Origin: an uncultured Gammaproteobacteria bacterium
GTDB taxonomy: Bacteria > Patescibacteriota > Microgenomatia > Levybacterales > UBA12049
DNA length: 64,000 nucleotides
Reading direction: 5' to 3'
Assembly: GCA_964564035.1 (NCBI GenBank)
Contig: CAZLZN010000005.1
Location: forward strand, 1,504 to 65,503
Shown: piece by piece, positions 1-9,232 of the stretch
Layout: the number at the start of each line of letters is the position of its first letter
How positions within the stretch are numbered: the first letter of the stretch is position 1
Notes under the pieces: model-generated
Seen by the model: only the letters and a program-made list of their open reading frames with translations
Database searches by the model: none
Told to the model about the DNA's origin: nothing
Translations under genes and position numbers: made by a program

Positions 1-514
1 TGGATAATGCGAGTGAGCTTGCTATGTCTTGCTGTGTAACCGGCGCCTGGATCAAAACCCCTCCGTCAACATCTTTACCAAATCTCTTAGACATAGTAAC
101 CAGCCTGGATGCAACCCTCAAAAACGCATTCATGTGCTCCAGGTCATTTACTCTATTTACGAAAACATCGAGGATAGTATTAGAATATTCCAAGGCCAGA
201 TCAAGAAGCTTGCTGTCCTTATGGAGAAATTCTGTAAATTTGGATTTTTCAGCCTTCCATGCATTTACTTCATTCATAGCCACATAAGTCAGATCACCTT
301 TGATACTGCTGAATGACCAGCGCGCGGGGAAAATTTCACCGGGTTTGTAAATAATATGGACATGCTCATGTCCGCGTTCTGTTAGAGAGAAGGCCTTAAC
401 ATACCCGTCCTCCAGATAATAGATACCGTTTGGGATCTCATTGCAGTCGACAATTATAGCCCCTTTTGCGTATTTGGTTTTGACACCATTGCTTCTGAAA
501 AAAGTATCAAGCAT
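1..514 (-). CDS. Crp/Fnr-family transcriptional regulator (C-terminus runs off the window)
   Basis: Absent from the ORF track because it is truncated. My translation from the ATG at 514 gives MLDTFFRSNGVKTKYAKGAIIVDCNEIPNGIYYLEDGYVKAF...VLIQAPVTQQDIASSLALS. This reads as a cNMP-binding-type barrel followed by the start of an HTH (TQQDIAS.L.LS). Confidence 0.75.
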   Translation of the reverse strand, partial: MLDTFFRSNGVKTKYAKGAIIVDCNEIPNGIYYLEDGYVKAFSLTERGHEHVHIIYKPGEIFPARWSFSSIKGDLTYVAMNEVNAWKAEKSKFTEFLHKDSKLLDLALEYSNTILDVFVNRVNDLEHMNAFLRVASRLVTMSKRFGKDVDGGVLIQAPVTQQDIASSLALS

Positions 515-551
515 AAACTTGTCGCCGTATTATAACAAATTATTTACAATT

Positions 552-557
552 TAATAT
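552..557 (+). promoter_or_regulatory. -10 box TAATAT, 7 nt upstream of the ATG at 565
   Basis: The sequence is TAATAT-atgatct-ATG, with no Shine-Dalgarno between them. Confidence 0.4.
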
Positions 558-564
558 ATGATCT

Positions 565-927
565 ATGTTACAATTAGCTATGATGCAGCTTAACTCTTCT
601 ATAAAACAAAAAAAATGCGTTCCATGTGAAGGCGGCGTGAAGCCATTGACCCCGGGAGAGTACAGTGCTTTTCTCGAGCGCGAACTTACAGGCTGGAGCG
701 CCAGGGATGAAAAATATCTCGAAAAAGAATATAAATTTCAGGACTTCAAAAAAAGCCTTGAATTCATTAACAAAGTTGGCATACTCGCCGAAGAAGAAGG
801 ACACCACCCCGATATCCTGCTGTTTAGCTGGAATCACGTAAAATTAACTTTGTATACCCACGCGATAGGCGGGTTGTCAGAAAATGATTTTATTCTCGCC
901 TCCAAAATTGATTTAATCGAAAAATAA
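565..927 (+). CDS. phhB: Pterin-4-alpha-carbinolamine dehydratase (PCD/DCoH)
   Basis: The segment EGHHPDILLFSWNHVKLTLYTHAIGGLSENDFILASKID is typical of the PCD family. The start could instead be at one of the Met codons 5-6 codons downstream. Confidence 0.85.
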   Translation: MLQLAMMQLNSSIKQKKCVPCEGGVKPLTPGEYSAFLERELTGWSARDEKYLEKEYKFQDFKKSLEFINKVGILAEEEGHHPDILLFSWNHVKLTLYTHAIGGLSENDFILASKIDLIEK

Positions 928-1491
928 ATGGAAATTATTACTGCCATTATCGCCTTTGTAATCTCAAACCTTATTGCTGAACTTCCCCCCGATTTTAAAA
1001 ATCTAAATATCCTGAACGAATTTACAAAACAATATACAGAGCAAGTCCTTGGAGAAAAAAATACAGCGCATTTACCCAAAGTAACCAAGGTTGTTGATGG
1101 CGATACGATTGTTGTGGAAATAAACGGCCAAAAAGAAACAGTCAGACTGCTCGGTATCGACACTCCCGAGAGCGTAGACCCGCGAAAACCTGTTGAGTGT
1201 TTCGCTCTCAATGCCGGCCTCAAAATGAAAGAATTTGTACTTAACAAAGAAATTATACTTGATGATGAAATAGAATCCCAGGGAGACCGCGATCGCTATG
1301 GCCGTCTTTTGCGGTATGTCTATCTGCCGGATTCTACGAAAACATTTGTAAACGGCGAAATGGTCAAGCAAGGCTATGCATTCAGCTTTCGTGAATATCC
1401 GACCGATATACAGGACAAATTCAATGCCTGGGAGCAATACGCCCGCGATAACAACCTCGGCTTGTGGGGAGAATGCAGCTATTCCGATTGA
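928..1491 (+). CDS. Thermonuclease (staphylococcal nuclease/SNase fold) with an N-terminal hydrophobic anchor
   Basis: SNase hallmarks are VVDGDTIVV...VRLLGIDTPE...RDRYGRLLRYVYL...GLW. The ATG directly abuts the phhB stop (TAAATG). Confidence 0.9.
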   Translation: MEIITAIIAFVISNLIAELPPDFKNLNILNEFTKQYTEQVLGEKNTAHLPKVTKVVDGDTIVVEINGQKETVRLLGIDTPESVDPRKPVECFALNAGLKMKEFVLNKEIILDDEIESQGDRDRYGRLLRYVYLPDSTKTFVNGEMVKQGYAFSFREYPTDIQDKFNAWEQYARDNNLGLWGECSYSD

Positions 1492-1498
1492 TGCTCTC

Positions 1499-1921
1499 CT
1501 AATGTAGTTTCATTTCCTTTGGGGGTGTAAATAAATGAACTACGCCTCCGTTCTTTAAATTCAAATTAATCTTCCCTATTCTGGGATCTCTATCTTTATG
1601 TATAGTATCCGCTATTTGATCGTCGATCACAACTATATATTTCTTTCTCCCCCAGATATGCTTAATAGCCTCTACGTCAGTGGCGCGCTCGCCTATTTTG
1701 CCGTAATAATTTAAATCATAAATTGGCCGCCCGTCTTTGGAGGTTTCTTGGGCAGTTGCGTCAATAAAAAATCTTTCCCTGCTTCCTGGGATATATCCGT
1801 AAACCCACATCCTATCATGGTTATCAGTCCTTTTCGCAACGCCATTAATTAATCTAACAGCCTTGATTTTAATATCTAATCGCGTAATCTCCTGATCTAC
1901 AGCACTGTGTTCTTTTTTCAT
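1499..1921 (-). CDS. Hypothetical protein
   Basis: 140-aa ORF with no recognised motif. Its C-terminal tail resembles that of ORF 2273-2722. Confidence 0.5.
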   Translation of the reverse strand: MKKEHSAVDQEITRLDIKIKAVRLINGVAKRTDNHDRMWVYGYIPGSRERFFIDATAQETSKDGRPIYDLNYYGKIGERATDVEAIKHIWGRKKYIVVIDDQIADTIHKDRDPRIGKINLNLKNGGVVHLFTPPKEMKLH

Positions 1922-1934
1922 GCAATATTATATA

Positions 1935-2270
1935 TTACAAACTTTCAATATCAATAAGCGGAAATACATCGATCGCCGCTTCTTCATAGGGATGCACTTT
2001 TTTTATTTGACCGATCACTTTTTTCGCGATCTTTTTTTCACAAATAAACTCAATTCTTTCTTCTTTTACCGTTTCAAAATTGCCTATTTCACCAATAGCC
2101 GGATCTGCTCCTTTCAGCGGTATGAATCTGCCTGTCCCTTTGGTCGAGAAAGAAACATGGCTATAGTTCCCGCTTTTACCGCCGCCCGAATCTCCGATAG
2201 TTTTTCTGATCAGGCCGGCGTGTGTTTCGGGTACAAAAACGGCAATTTTAACTAGTTTTTTGTTAATCAT
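1935..2270 (-). CDS. Stand-alone NIF3/YqfO PII-like insert-domain protein (COG3323-like)
   Basis: KIAVFVPETHAGLIRKTIGDSGGGKSGNYSHVSFSTKGTGRFIPLKGADPAIGEIG..ETVKEERIEF matches my recollection of the YqfO insert domain pattern. Confidence 0.6.
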   Translation of the reverse strand: MINKKLVKIAVFVPETHAGLIRKTIGDSGGGKSGNYSHVSFSTKGTGRFIPLKGADPAIGEIGNFETVKEERIEFICEKKIAKKVIGQIKKVHPYEEAAIDVFPLIDIESL

Positions 2271-2272
2271 AT

Positions 2273-2722
2273 TCAGTGAATTGTAACTGCCATTTTGGGC
2301 ATATATATGTCAATGTGTTTGCCGTTAAGCAATTTATATTTTTCAGAAATTCTGGTAGGCGATCTTTTATTCCCCATAATTTTACTGGCTACCGAATCAT
2401 CAAATAAAATCGGGCAATTATAAGTTTCATAAAGACCCTCCATCAAATCGTTATTTTTCACATCGTCAATTACAAAATCATATTCTGTAATACGTATTTG
2501 CTTTCTATCATCGGTAATTTTATTCATTTTTATACGCGCCACAAATATCTCGTTGCTATCCGCAAGCATCCCGCATGCCAGAATATCATCCGGTAATTCG
2601 GTCAGACTGCTAACAGACTTTACCATTTGTTCTGTTTTTATCTGTATCTGTGCCTCTCTTATCTGTTTGTCTCTGGAGTCGATTAATTCTTCTTTGCTCA
2701 TTATATTAGATTCTATATTCAA
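2273..2722 (-). CDS. Hypothetical protein
   Basis: 149-aa ORF lying 2 nt downstream of the preceding gene in the same orientation. Confidence 0.5.
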   Translation of the reverse strand: MNIESNIMSKEELIDSRDKQIREAQIQIKTEQMVKSVSSLTELPDDILACGMLADSNEIFVARIKMNKITDDRKQIRITEYDFVIDDVKNNDLMEGLYETYNCPILFDDSVASKIMGNKRSPTRISEKYKLLNGKHIDIYMPKMAVTIH

Positions 2723-2785
2723 AGCTGTATAAAGTCAAAACATCATAATAATCTTATTAAATGATGTGTTAAAATAAATTTACTA

Positions 2786-3775
2786 ATGATTTTCCAGTTA
2801 TTTATTTTTATTATTAGTTTATTAGTTATACTAAAAGGAGCTCAGCTTTTGGTCGACGGAGCTTCATCTGTTGCTTACAAACTGAAAGTAGCGCCGATAG
2901 TTATCGGGCTGACGATCGTCGCTTTCGGCACATCGGCCCCCGAGCTGGTCGCGTCTATCGGAGGAGTTCTCAACAACGCGACAGGATTGGCTTTTGGCAA
3001 CGTTGTTGGCTCGAATATTTTCAATATCCTCATAATTCTCGGTATATCCGCGGTTGTAAATCCGCTGAAACTTCACCAAAATACAATCTGGAAAGAGATT
3101 CCCATGTCATTTTTGGGCGCGGTTATGCTTGTTGTTTTGGGATTACAGACGATCATAGATAACGGCGCTATTAACCAGTCAATATTTCAGGGAAATTCCC
3201 GCATAGGAGAAATCACGTTCAGCAATGGTCTCACTCTATTGGCATTTTTCATAATATTTATTTACTACACGTTCGGCATCGCCAAAGTCAATGTAAGTGA
3301 CAAAATAGAGATCAAGCCTTTGTCGAATCTATTAGCAGTAATCTATATTGTCGGCGGCCTGGCCTTTTTAGCACTCGGAAGCAATTTTTTTATCGGAAGC
3401 GCGGTCAATATTGCCAAATTCCTGGGCGTCAGCGATACTTTGATAGGACTTACGATAGTTGCGGCCGGTACCAGTATGCCTGAGCTTGTGACAAGCGTTG
3501 TCGCAGCTTACAAAAAACAATCGGATATTGCTGTCGGAAACATCGTAGGATCAAATATTTTCAATATATTCTTTATTTTAGGTACAGCGTCGCTTTTTGG
3601 CACCATCCCGATTGTCGGAAGCAATATTTTCGATATCCTAGTGCTTTTTGTCGCGACATTTATACTTTTTCTCTCGGCATTTATATTCAAAAAACGCCAA
3701 ATAGGCCGCATCGAAGGCGCATTCATGTTCGGTCTTTATCTGGTATATTTAAGCTATATTATTTGGAGGGGTTAA
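2786..3775 (+). CDS. Ca2+/Na+ antiporter, CaCA (YrbG-type) family
   Basis: Two alpha-repeats are present: GTSAPELVASI..GNVVGSNIFNILIILG and GTSMPELVTSV..GNIVGSNIFNIFFILG. The protein is polytopic. Confidence 0.9.
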   Translation: MIFQLFIFIISLLVILKGAQLLVDGASSVAYKLKVAPIVIGLTIVAFGTSAPELVASIGGVLNNATGLAFGNVVGSNIFNILIILGISAVVNPLKLHQNTIWKEIPMSFLGAVMLVVLGLQTIIDNGAINQSIFQGNSRIGEITFSNGLTLLAFFIIFIYYTFGIAKVNVSDKIEIKPLSNLLAVIYIVGGLAFLALGSNFFIGSAVNIAKFLGVSDTLIGLTIVAAGTSMPELVTSVVAAYKKQSDIAVGNIVGSNIFNIFFILGTASLFGTIPIVGSNIFDILVLFVATFILFLSAFIFKKRQIGRIEGAFMFGLYLVYLSYIIWRG

Positions 3776-4361
3776 TTGGGCGCAATGATTTATCCGGCTC
3801 AGAAGCTTTTAAAAACTTATCATTCTGCAGTCTTACAAGTCCGGCTATTCTTGAATCCTCCTCGCTGGCCGCGATAGGAACCGCTCTCCACAACAAGCTG
3901 TCATTCATAGCATTACCCATTATTTTATCACTGCTCAGAAGGCGGTAGTCAACTCTTAATTGCTCCGCATCTTTGAGGCTAAGAGAGTTTACTTTATTCC
4001 TTATATTAGTGATATTCTCATCTCGTAATTCATCGACAGTGCTGTCTCTCAAGGAGTTATCGTTCTCTGTTTCGCAAATTATTACGCTTCTGACATTCGG
4101 ATTATGAAGATCCGCAATTGTCTTTGCTGCTCTTACCCAAAAATCAAATGCTTTATCCTGAATTCCCAGTGCGCCATCACCTGATTCGGAGACTCCCCCA
4201 AACTCCCCTATTTGCATAGGTGAATTCTCAGTTTTTTCTGCCTTTTTAGGATGCATGACCTGTATCAGTCTATTCAGAGCGCGTCCTGTGTCAAATAGTT
4301 CACCTTCTTTTGGAACACCATAAGTATCCGGGGTTTTAGGATTTGTTTCGCTTTTCGCCAT
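3759..4361 (-). CDS. Hypothetical protein
   Basis: 200-aa ORF with a TATAAT 9 nt upstream of its ATG. No motif recognised. Confidence 0.5.
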   Translation of the reverse strand: MAKSETNPKTPDTYGVPKEGELFDTGRALNRLIQVMHPKKAEKTENSPMQIGEFGGVSESGDGALGIQDKAFDFWVRAAKTIADLHNPNVRSVIICETENDNSLRDSTVDELRDENITNIRNKVNSLSLKDAEQLRVDYRLLSSDKIMGNAMNDSLLWRAVPIAASEEDSRIAGLVRLQNDKFLKASEPDKSLRPINPSK

Positions 4362-4451
4362 AGTCTCATTATTATATACAAAATCCTCCCAAAGTCAACT
4401 ATAGGATATTCATACATGTTTACTGCCGGTCAATCTGGATTTTAATTAGTG

Positions 4452-5633
4452 TTAAGAAGTAAATCTGCGTCTGTCCCTGGGGTATTTACCCATATCAATA
4501 TCCCCATTTACTTTTCGTTCAGTGCGGTTAATTCTCTCAAGCGCGGCAAATGAAGCCGTTGCCAGATTGCGATATCCCGCGATATGATGGTTTCCGAATT
4601 TGCTTGAGTCTGCAATTAAGAATTTCACGCCTGCGCTTTCTGGAAAAAAGTTTTTATACAAGAATTCTTCCCTGTCAGCAACTACTTTATTTCGATTTGA
4701 CGTAGCTGCGGAATGAGTCTCCTGCATTGTGCGCGCGTAATTACGCGCCGCCTCGAGTCCCATTTCAGGCTTGATTACAAAATTAGGATTCGCCATCAGA
4801 TCCGCCTCCCCGTGTATCAAAACAACCGGGCATTTAATGCGTCCCAATGCCTGATTCATGGTTGTCATCTCTTCGCGCAGGTTTCTGATACCGCCTGCTA
4901 CATCCCCTTTTGCTTCATAAACCTGCCTTATAAAATCCGTGAAAAGCTCAGTGTTTAATCGAAGCGCTCTCAGCCATATGTCCCGGTTTTGTATCGGATG
5001 TTTCATTATCTCCGCCCCCGGATCTGTTAATAATCTGGCGAAAAAATTAGATTCATTTTCATTTTGATCCGCGTCTTTCCCGTCTTCAAGTGCTTTGCTA
5101 TAAAAAATCTTATCAAGAATATTAGGCTTAACTCCGCTGACGTCCTTATCTGCATCTGCCGGTCTGTTCGAGTCGCCCAAGCCTTTGGATGCCAATAAAA
5201 TTAACCCGTTTATTCGTATATCGGGATTTTTCTCCTGCAGTAAGTCAACAAGCTCTATAGCGCGTACGCCTCCTTGTGAATTGCCGACGATCGTCACATC
5301 CTTATATCTATTCGATTCAATAAATTTTCTCTCAACCTCCGCTCCTTCTCTTTGTTTGAGCGTTACCGGATTTCCCCGTACTTCAAATGCCGTAGTTCTG
5401 ACTCCGCTGAAATCCGCGAATGTACCGGAAATACTCGATACCGCCTCGCCCCAAATAGGATTTGCCCACCCGGGATGAAAAAATATTCCGGGTTTTTTGT
5501 CTGGTTCAAACCGTAACGCCTCTTTTTTCGGTTCAAAAATTCTATAATTTAATTTTAACTTCCCACTCTCAATCCCGCTATCGCTAACGGATCCATTATT
5601 CTCGTAATCTCTGGCGCCTCTTTCAAAAAACAT
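4452..5633 (-). CDS. Alpha/beta-hydrolase fold protein
   Basis: Nucleophile elbow VTIVGNSQGG (G-x-S-x-G) and a later VVLIHGEADLMANP segment. Confidence 0.6.
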   Translation of the reverse strand: MFFERGARDYENNGSVSDSGIESGKLKLNYRIFEPKKEALRFEPDKKPGIFFHPGWANPIWGEAVSSISGTFADFSGVRTTAFEVRGNPVTLKQREGAEVERKFIESNRYKDVTIVGNSQGGVRAIELVDLLQEKNPDIRINGLILLASKGLGDSNRPADADKDVSGVKPNILDKIFYSKALEDGKDADQNENESNFFARLLTDPGAEIMKHPIQNRDIWLRALRLNTELFTDFIRQVYEAKGDVAGGIRNLREEMTTMNQALGRIKCPVVLIHGEADLMANPNFVIKPEMGLEAARNYARTMQETHSAATSNRNKVVADREEFLYKNFFPESAGVKFLIADSSKFGNHHIAGYRNLATASFAALERINRTERKVNGDIDMGKYPRDRRRFTS

Positions 5634-5809
5634 CTTATAGCAATTATATAATACTTCAGTTGCTTCTACAAATAATTTATTTTCGTAATTTATAAAACAA
5701 CAATCGTCAAAAATTTGTCAGATTATTGTTGCATTATAGTCAAGCTTCACGCCCCAAACTCAAGTATGATCACAATTATCTTACCAAAGTAGAAAGCGGG
5801 GTGATATTT

Positions 5810-6031
5810 ATGAGTGAAACTCCAAAAGGACTTTATGCTGTTTTGCCTACATCATGGTTGATCAAAGCAGAAAAAGCACGAGCTAAGACGGCACATGAAG
5901 CTGATGTAGATACCGCAAAAAGGCTAAACTTAACCGGAAACAAAAGGTCTGATTTCTTTCGCGTTCGTAATTTAGAAGAAGCTGGAAGAATGCTTAGGCT
6001 TCAGGCAGTAATCGCCCGAAGAGGTTTCTGA
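5810..6031 (+). CDS. Small hypothetical protein (73 aa)
   Basis: Internal ATG of track ORF 5726-6031, preceded by GGGGTG. It is the only plus-strand ORF between minus-strand neighbours. Confidence 0.3.
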   Translation: MSETPKGLYAVLPTSWLIKAEKARAKTAHEADVDTAKRLNLTGNKRSDFFRVRNLEEAGRMLRLQAVIARRGF

Positions 6032-6253
6032 TACGCATTTAATAAATTGAAAGTAATACCAGATTATTAATAACCGCTTTACCGGCGCGATATACATTTA
6101 TGCGGGAATTTGATAAGACCTTAGGCCAATTTATCCATATTCTACTTTATTCTTTAATACATATAGAATTAAATTTCTATTCAAGATTTAATTTAACCCA
6201 ACAGAATTTTTTGCTTTAACAAACTGCTTAAGAAATTACAATGCTTGAGGTTG

Positions 6254-7243
6254 CTAATGGCGATGGTATACTGTTCTGACCCCGACTACATGGTGACCGC
6301 TGTCCGGGTATGTAATTGTCCCCCTTATAGCCTCCATATTGGGACTTATAATTCCCAGCGCGACACTCGCTACCTGTGCGCGTGTCGGAAGTTTGCCTCC
6401 GGGGAGTCTTCTTTCTGTCAAATACATCAATTCATCAAACCCGGGTAGTCCCGATGCCGCCCTGGTTGGAGTAGGTCCTGGCGAGATGGCATTTACTCGA
6501 ACACCTGCTCTTCCTACTTTATCATCATTATCAAGAGTTCTGGTCAATGCATTCAAGGCAGCTTTAGCTGGCGCCATAACACCATATCCATCAACATGTT
6601 TTTCTCCTCCTTCATATGTTATTGTCAGAGCATTAGGATCCGGTTTATCTATTAATTTATAGTCTCTTGCCTTTTCTTTTTCTTTTTCTTCCGGCAATAA
6701 ATAAGGCAATGTATGACGAATTAGACGCGGAAAAGATAAAGCGCTCGTATCATAAATTCTAAGCATAACCTCATCATCCATATCCATTAGAGAAGGTTTT
6801 AGCTCTCCCCTCTTATTTACCCCGCCCGCTATACCGTGAATAACAATATCAATTCGTTTATCAAAAATGTCTGTCCCTATTTCATCTACTACTTTTTTAG
6901 CTTTTGCATTGTCTGTGATGTCCAGTTCAGCATGATGCACGCCGGTTCTTGTGAAAAATTCTCCGGCATGTTCTAGATCGCTCGCTCGTTGATAGGTGTA
7001 AGCAATTTTTGCGCCTGCTGCGTAAGCCAATTCACCAATAGCTGCGCCAATACTGTGCGTATTACATACACCTGTTAATAGTATATGCCTGCCGCCTCTG
7101 CCTCTAAGAGGCTTTGTGTCTCCGGCATATTCAATTGCTTTTTTTAGTTCCCTCTCGTCTCGTTCAAAATATTCATCAATATCGAACCTTTTTTTACCTT
7201 TTAATTTTTTTTCGGTTGTTGGTATAGGTTGTGCTTCGCTCAT
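6254..7243 (-). CDS. FabI-type enoyl-ACP reductase-like SDR with an N-terminal extension
   Basis: HILLTGVCNTHSIGAAIGELAYAAGAKIAYTYQ is a FabI-type dinucleotide site. YGVMAPAKAAL gives Tyr-x6-Lys, and VRVNAISPGPTPTRAASG also fits. The start is taken at MSEAQP (ATG at 7243); the track ORF extends to 7324. Confidence 0.7.
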   Translation of the reverse strand: MSEAQPIPTTEKKLKGKKRFDIDEYFERDERELKKAIEYAGDTKPLRGRGGRHILLTGVCNTHSIGAAIGELAYAAGAKIAYTYQRASDLEHAGEFFTRTGVHHAELDITDNAKAKKVVDEIGTDIFDKRIDIVIHGIAGGVNKRGELKPSLMDMDDEVMLRIYDTSALSFPRLIRHTLPYLLPEEKEKEKARDYKLIDKPDPNALTITYEGGEKHVDGYGVMAPAKAALNALTRTLDNDDKVGRAGVRVNAISPGPTPTRAASGLPGFDELMYLTERRLPGGKLPTRAQVASVALGIISPNMEAIRGTITYPDSGHHVVGVRTVYHRH

Positions 7244-7430
7244 ATAACTATAAAAGAGTCTAACATAGGACATTGCAGTTGCGCATGACAGATTGATGAC
7301 AAGACAAAAACAAAAACAAAACAAATTATTGTTAATTTATTAAATAGATCAAAAAAGTCGGTACACACCAGGAGAAATGTAATGAGTTGCTGCGCAGAAA
7401 AACATATGAAGTAACCAAAAATTACTTTTG

Positions 7431-8495
7431 TTATTTATTATTATTCTCGTGGAATGTGTTTACAAAATTGACCAGTGCGTCACTATTTGTGCCTATTTCT
7501 AGAATAAAATTAGCCTTATGCTTTTTGTTATGTTGTAATATATCCAAAAAATATTTATCTATTCTGTTTATAATCACCCCTGCTGCTCCGCGGGCTTGCG
7601 CTACCTCCCTCTTGGAAGCGTGCACAGCTAAAGCCTTGCGCGCTTTATTAACTACATAAATATCTTCAAAGCTTTTGTTAGAATCTGCGCCAAAAGGTGA
7701 TACTCTTTGATATGCAAATTCGTAAAGCATTTCAGTATGGCCGTCTTTGTATTTTATAAAATCTACTAAATACCTCATCGATGCCGGATGGCCCTTATAA
7801 GCGTCCGGTGCATTATCTGCGGGAAGCGGCGGGATAAATTCTTGCCATACGAACTTGGGGTCAACAGCAGGAATCTCTGATTCTAAATGATCAGGCCTCC
7901 CGAAGGCTTTTATTTTTTCACCACGCTTACCAAACACCGGTTTTAAAAGCCAGATTCCGCTCGCTGGAAATGTGTCAGTTTTATCATAATCCCTAACCGC
8001 GGGTCTTAGGCTTTTTGGAACCAAAAAAGCATGATACGCTTTATTATTAATCACTTCTTCCAAATCCAGAGCATTTGGTATTGCTGTAGCCATCAGCGGC
8101 ATTTTGGTATCAATACTTACAGCTCTTATAAAATTATAAAGCAGTGCCAAAAGTTCCAGGTCGTTTGGGTCATAGCCGTCTGATGTATGATTAATTACCT
8201 CCGTTCTACTCTCATTAAGCGCTTCTATTGATTTTATTTTATCGCTCGATATCATTGCGCGTATGCTGGCTAAGGTTTTTTGTGATCTCTCTATATAGGC
8301 ATCAGTTATACTTGCCGCTCCTCTTATACCCGAATTGTGCCCGTTTGTTTCGACGCATGAAATTTTTCTCCTGCCTTGTTTATTTTTATAAAAAATAAAA
8401 TCAAAACCTATCGAAGCGCGAAATCGCTCGTCCTCAGGGGATCTCCTGTTCGGATACCATTTATCCATAGCTACTCTAAATCTGTCAGTTTCCAT
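7431..8495 (-). CDS. Hypothetical protein, possibly ATP-grasp-like
   Basis: GIWLLKPVFGKRGEKI, WQEFIP, MRYLVDF and FILEIGTN loosely resemble ATP-grasp strands. The start is chosen at METDRF (8495) because a TATAAT sits 7 nt upstream. Confidence 0.35.
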   Translation of the reverse strand: METDRFRVAMDKWYPNRRSPEDERFRASIGFDFIFYKNKQGRRKISCVETNGHNSGIRGAASITDAYIERSQKTLASIRAMISSDKIKSIEALNESRTEVINHTSDGYDPNDLELLALLYNFIRAVSIDTKMPLMATAIPNALDLEEVINNKAYHAFLVPKSLRPAVRDYDKTDTFPASGIWLLKPVFGKRGEKIKAFGRPDHLESEIPAVDPKFVWQEFIPPLPADNAPDAYKGHPASMRYLVDFIKYKDGHTEMLYEFAYQRVSPFGADSNKSFEDIYVVNKARKALAVHASKREVAQARGAAGVIINRIDKYFLDILQHNKKHKANFILEIGTNSDALVNFVNTFHENNNK

Positions 8496-8617
8496 TCTTT
8501 TAATTATATACTGCCTTATAGTAAATATCAATTGAACTTTATTCCCTTTTTGAGAAGAACATACCTATTCTATATATAGTATAGGTATATTTTTGTGTGG
8601 ACTAACTATGCAGTCAA

Positions 8618-9217
8618 TTAGCGATTGTAGGGCAATCTTGGACGGAATTCTCCGGGACTACCTGCTACAGGCTCAGGACCTGGTCGATATGCCGGTGGTG
8701 TGAAACGCCCCGCCGGCAATGATGAACTATAAGCAAACAACTCTTCCAATGCTCGAGCGTAGCCTATTTCCCTAACCCTTGTACTACACTCATCAACTCT
8801 ATTCTTAATTTTCATTTGAATTTCATCATCGAGATTATTTGCTAAATCGGTAAGGCTTCTTCTTGTTTTAAGATCTGAAATATCTTTCCAAATAATTTCA
8901 CGCGTTATCTGGCAAGCTTTAAATACCTGTCTTGCAATTTTATTCTGAAAATCCAAATCAGGACTTCTAACTCCGTATATTACGGAAACAGCTATAGATG
9001 TATCTTTCATTTCGGTTAATAGACCCTGCCTTATAAGGCCAAGATCTACTCTTAATCGTCTTTTAGGAGATAGAGATTTATGGGCTTTTAGTTCATCCCC
9101 CTCCGGGTCAGCATATGCAAATGCCGGAATTTGGGCCTCCAAAGCATTAAAGCGATCAGCCCGGGTTCTTAACCTGGGTTCTGCTTTATTTTCCTTGTCA
9201 TGAAATCTTTCTACCAT
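8618..9217 (-). CDS. Hypothetical protein with a Pro-rich C-terminus
   Basis: 199-aa ORF with an extended -10 (TGCTATAAT) 6 nt upstream of its ATG. Confidence 0.5.
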   Translation of the reverse strand: MVERFHDKENKAEPRLRTRADRFNALEAQIPAFAYADPEGDELKAHKSLSPKRRLRVDLGLIRQGLLTEMKDTSIAVSVIYGVRSPDLDFQNKIARQVFKACQITREIIWKDISDLKTRRSLTDLANNLDDEIQMKIKNRVDECSTRVREIGYARALEELFAYSSSLPAGRFTPPAYRPGPEPVAGSPGEFRPRLPYNR

Positions 9218-9232
9218 ACAATTATTATAGCA

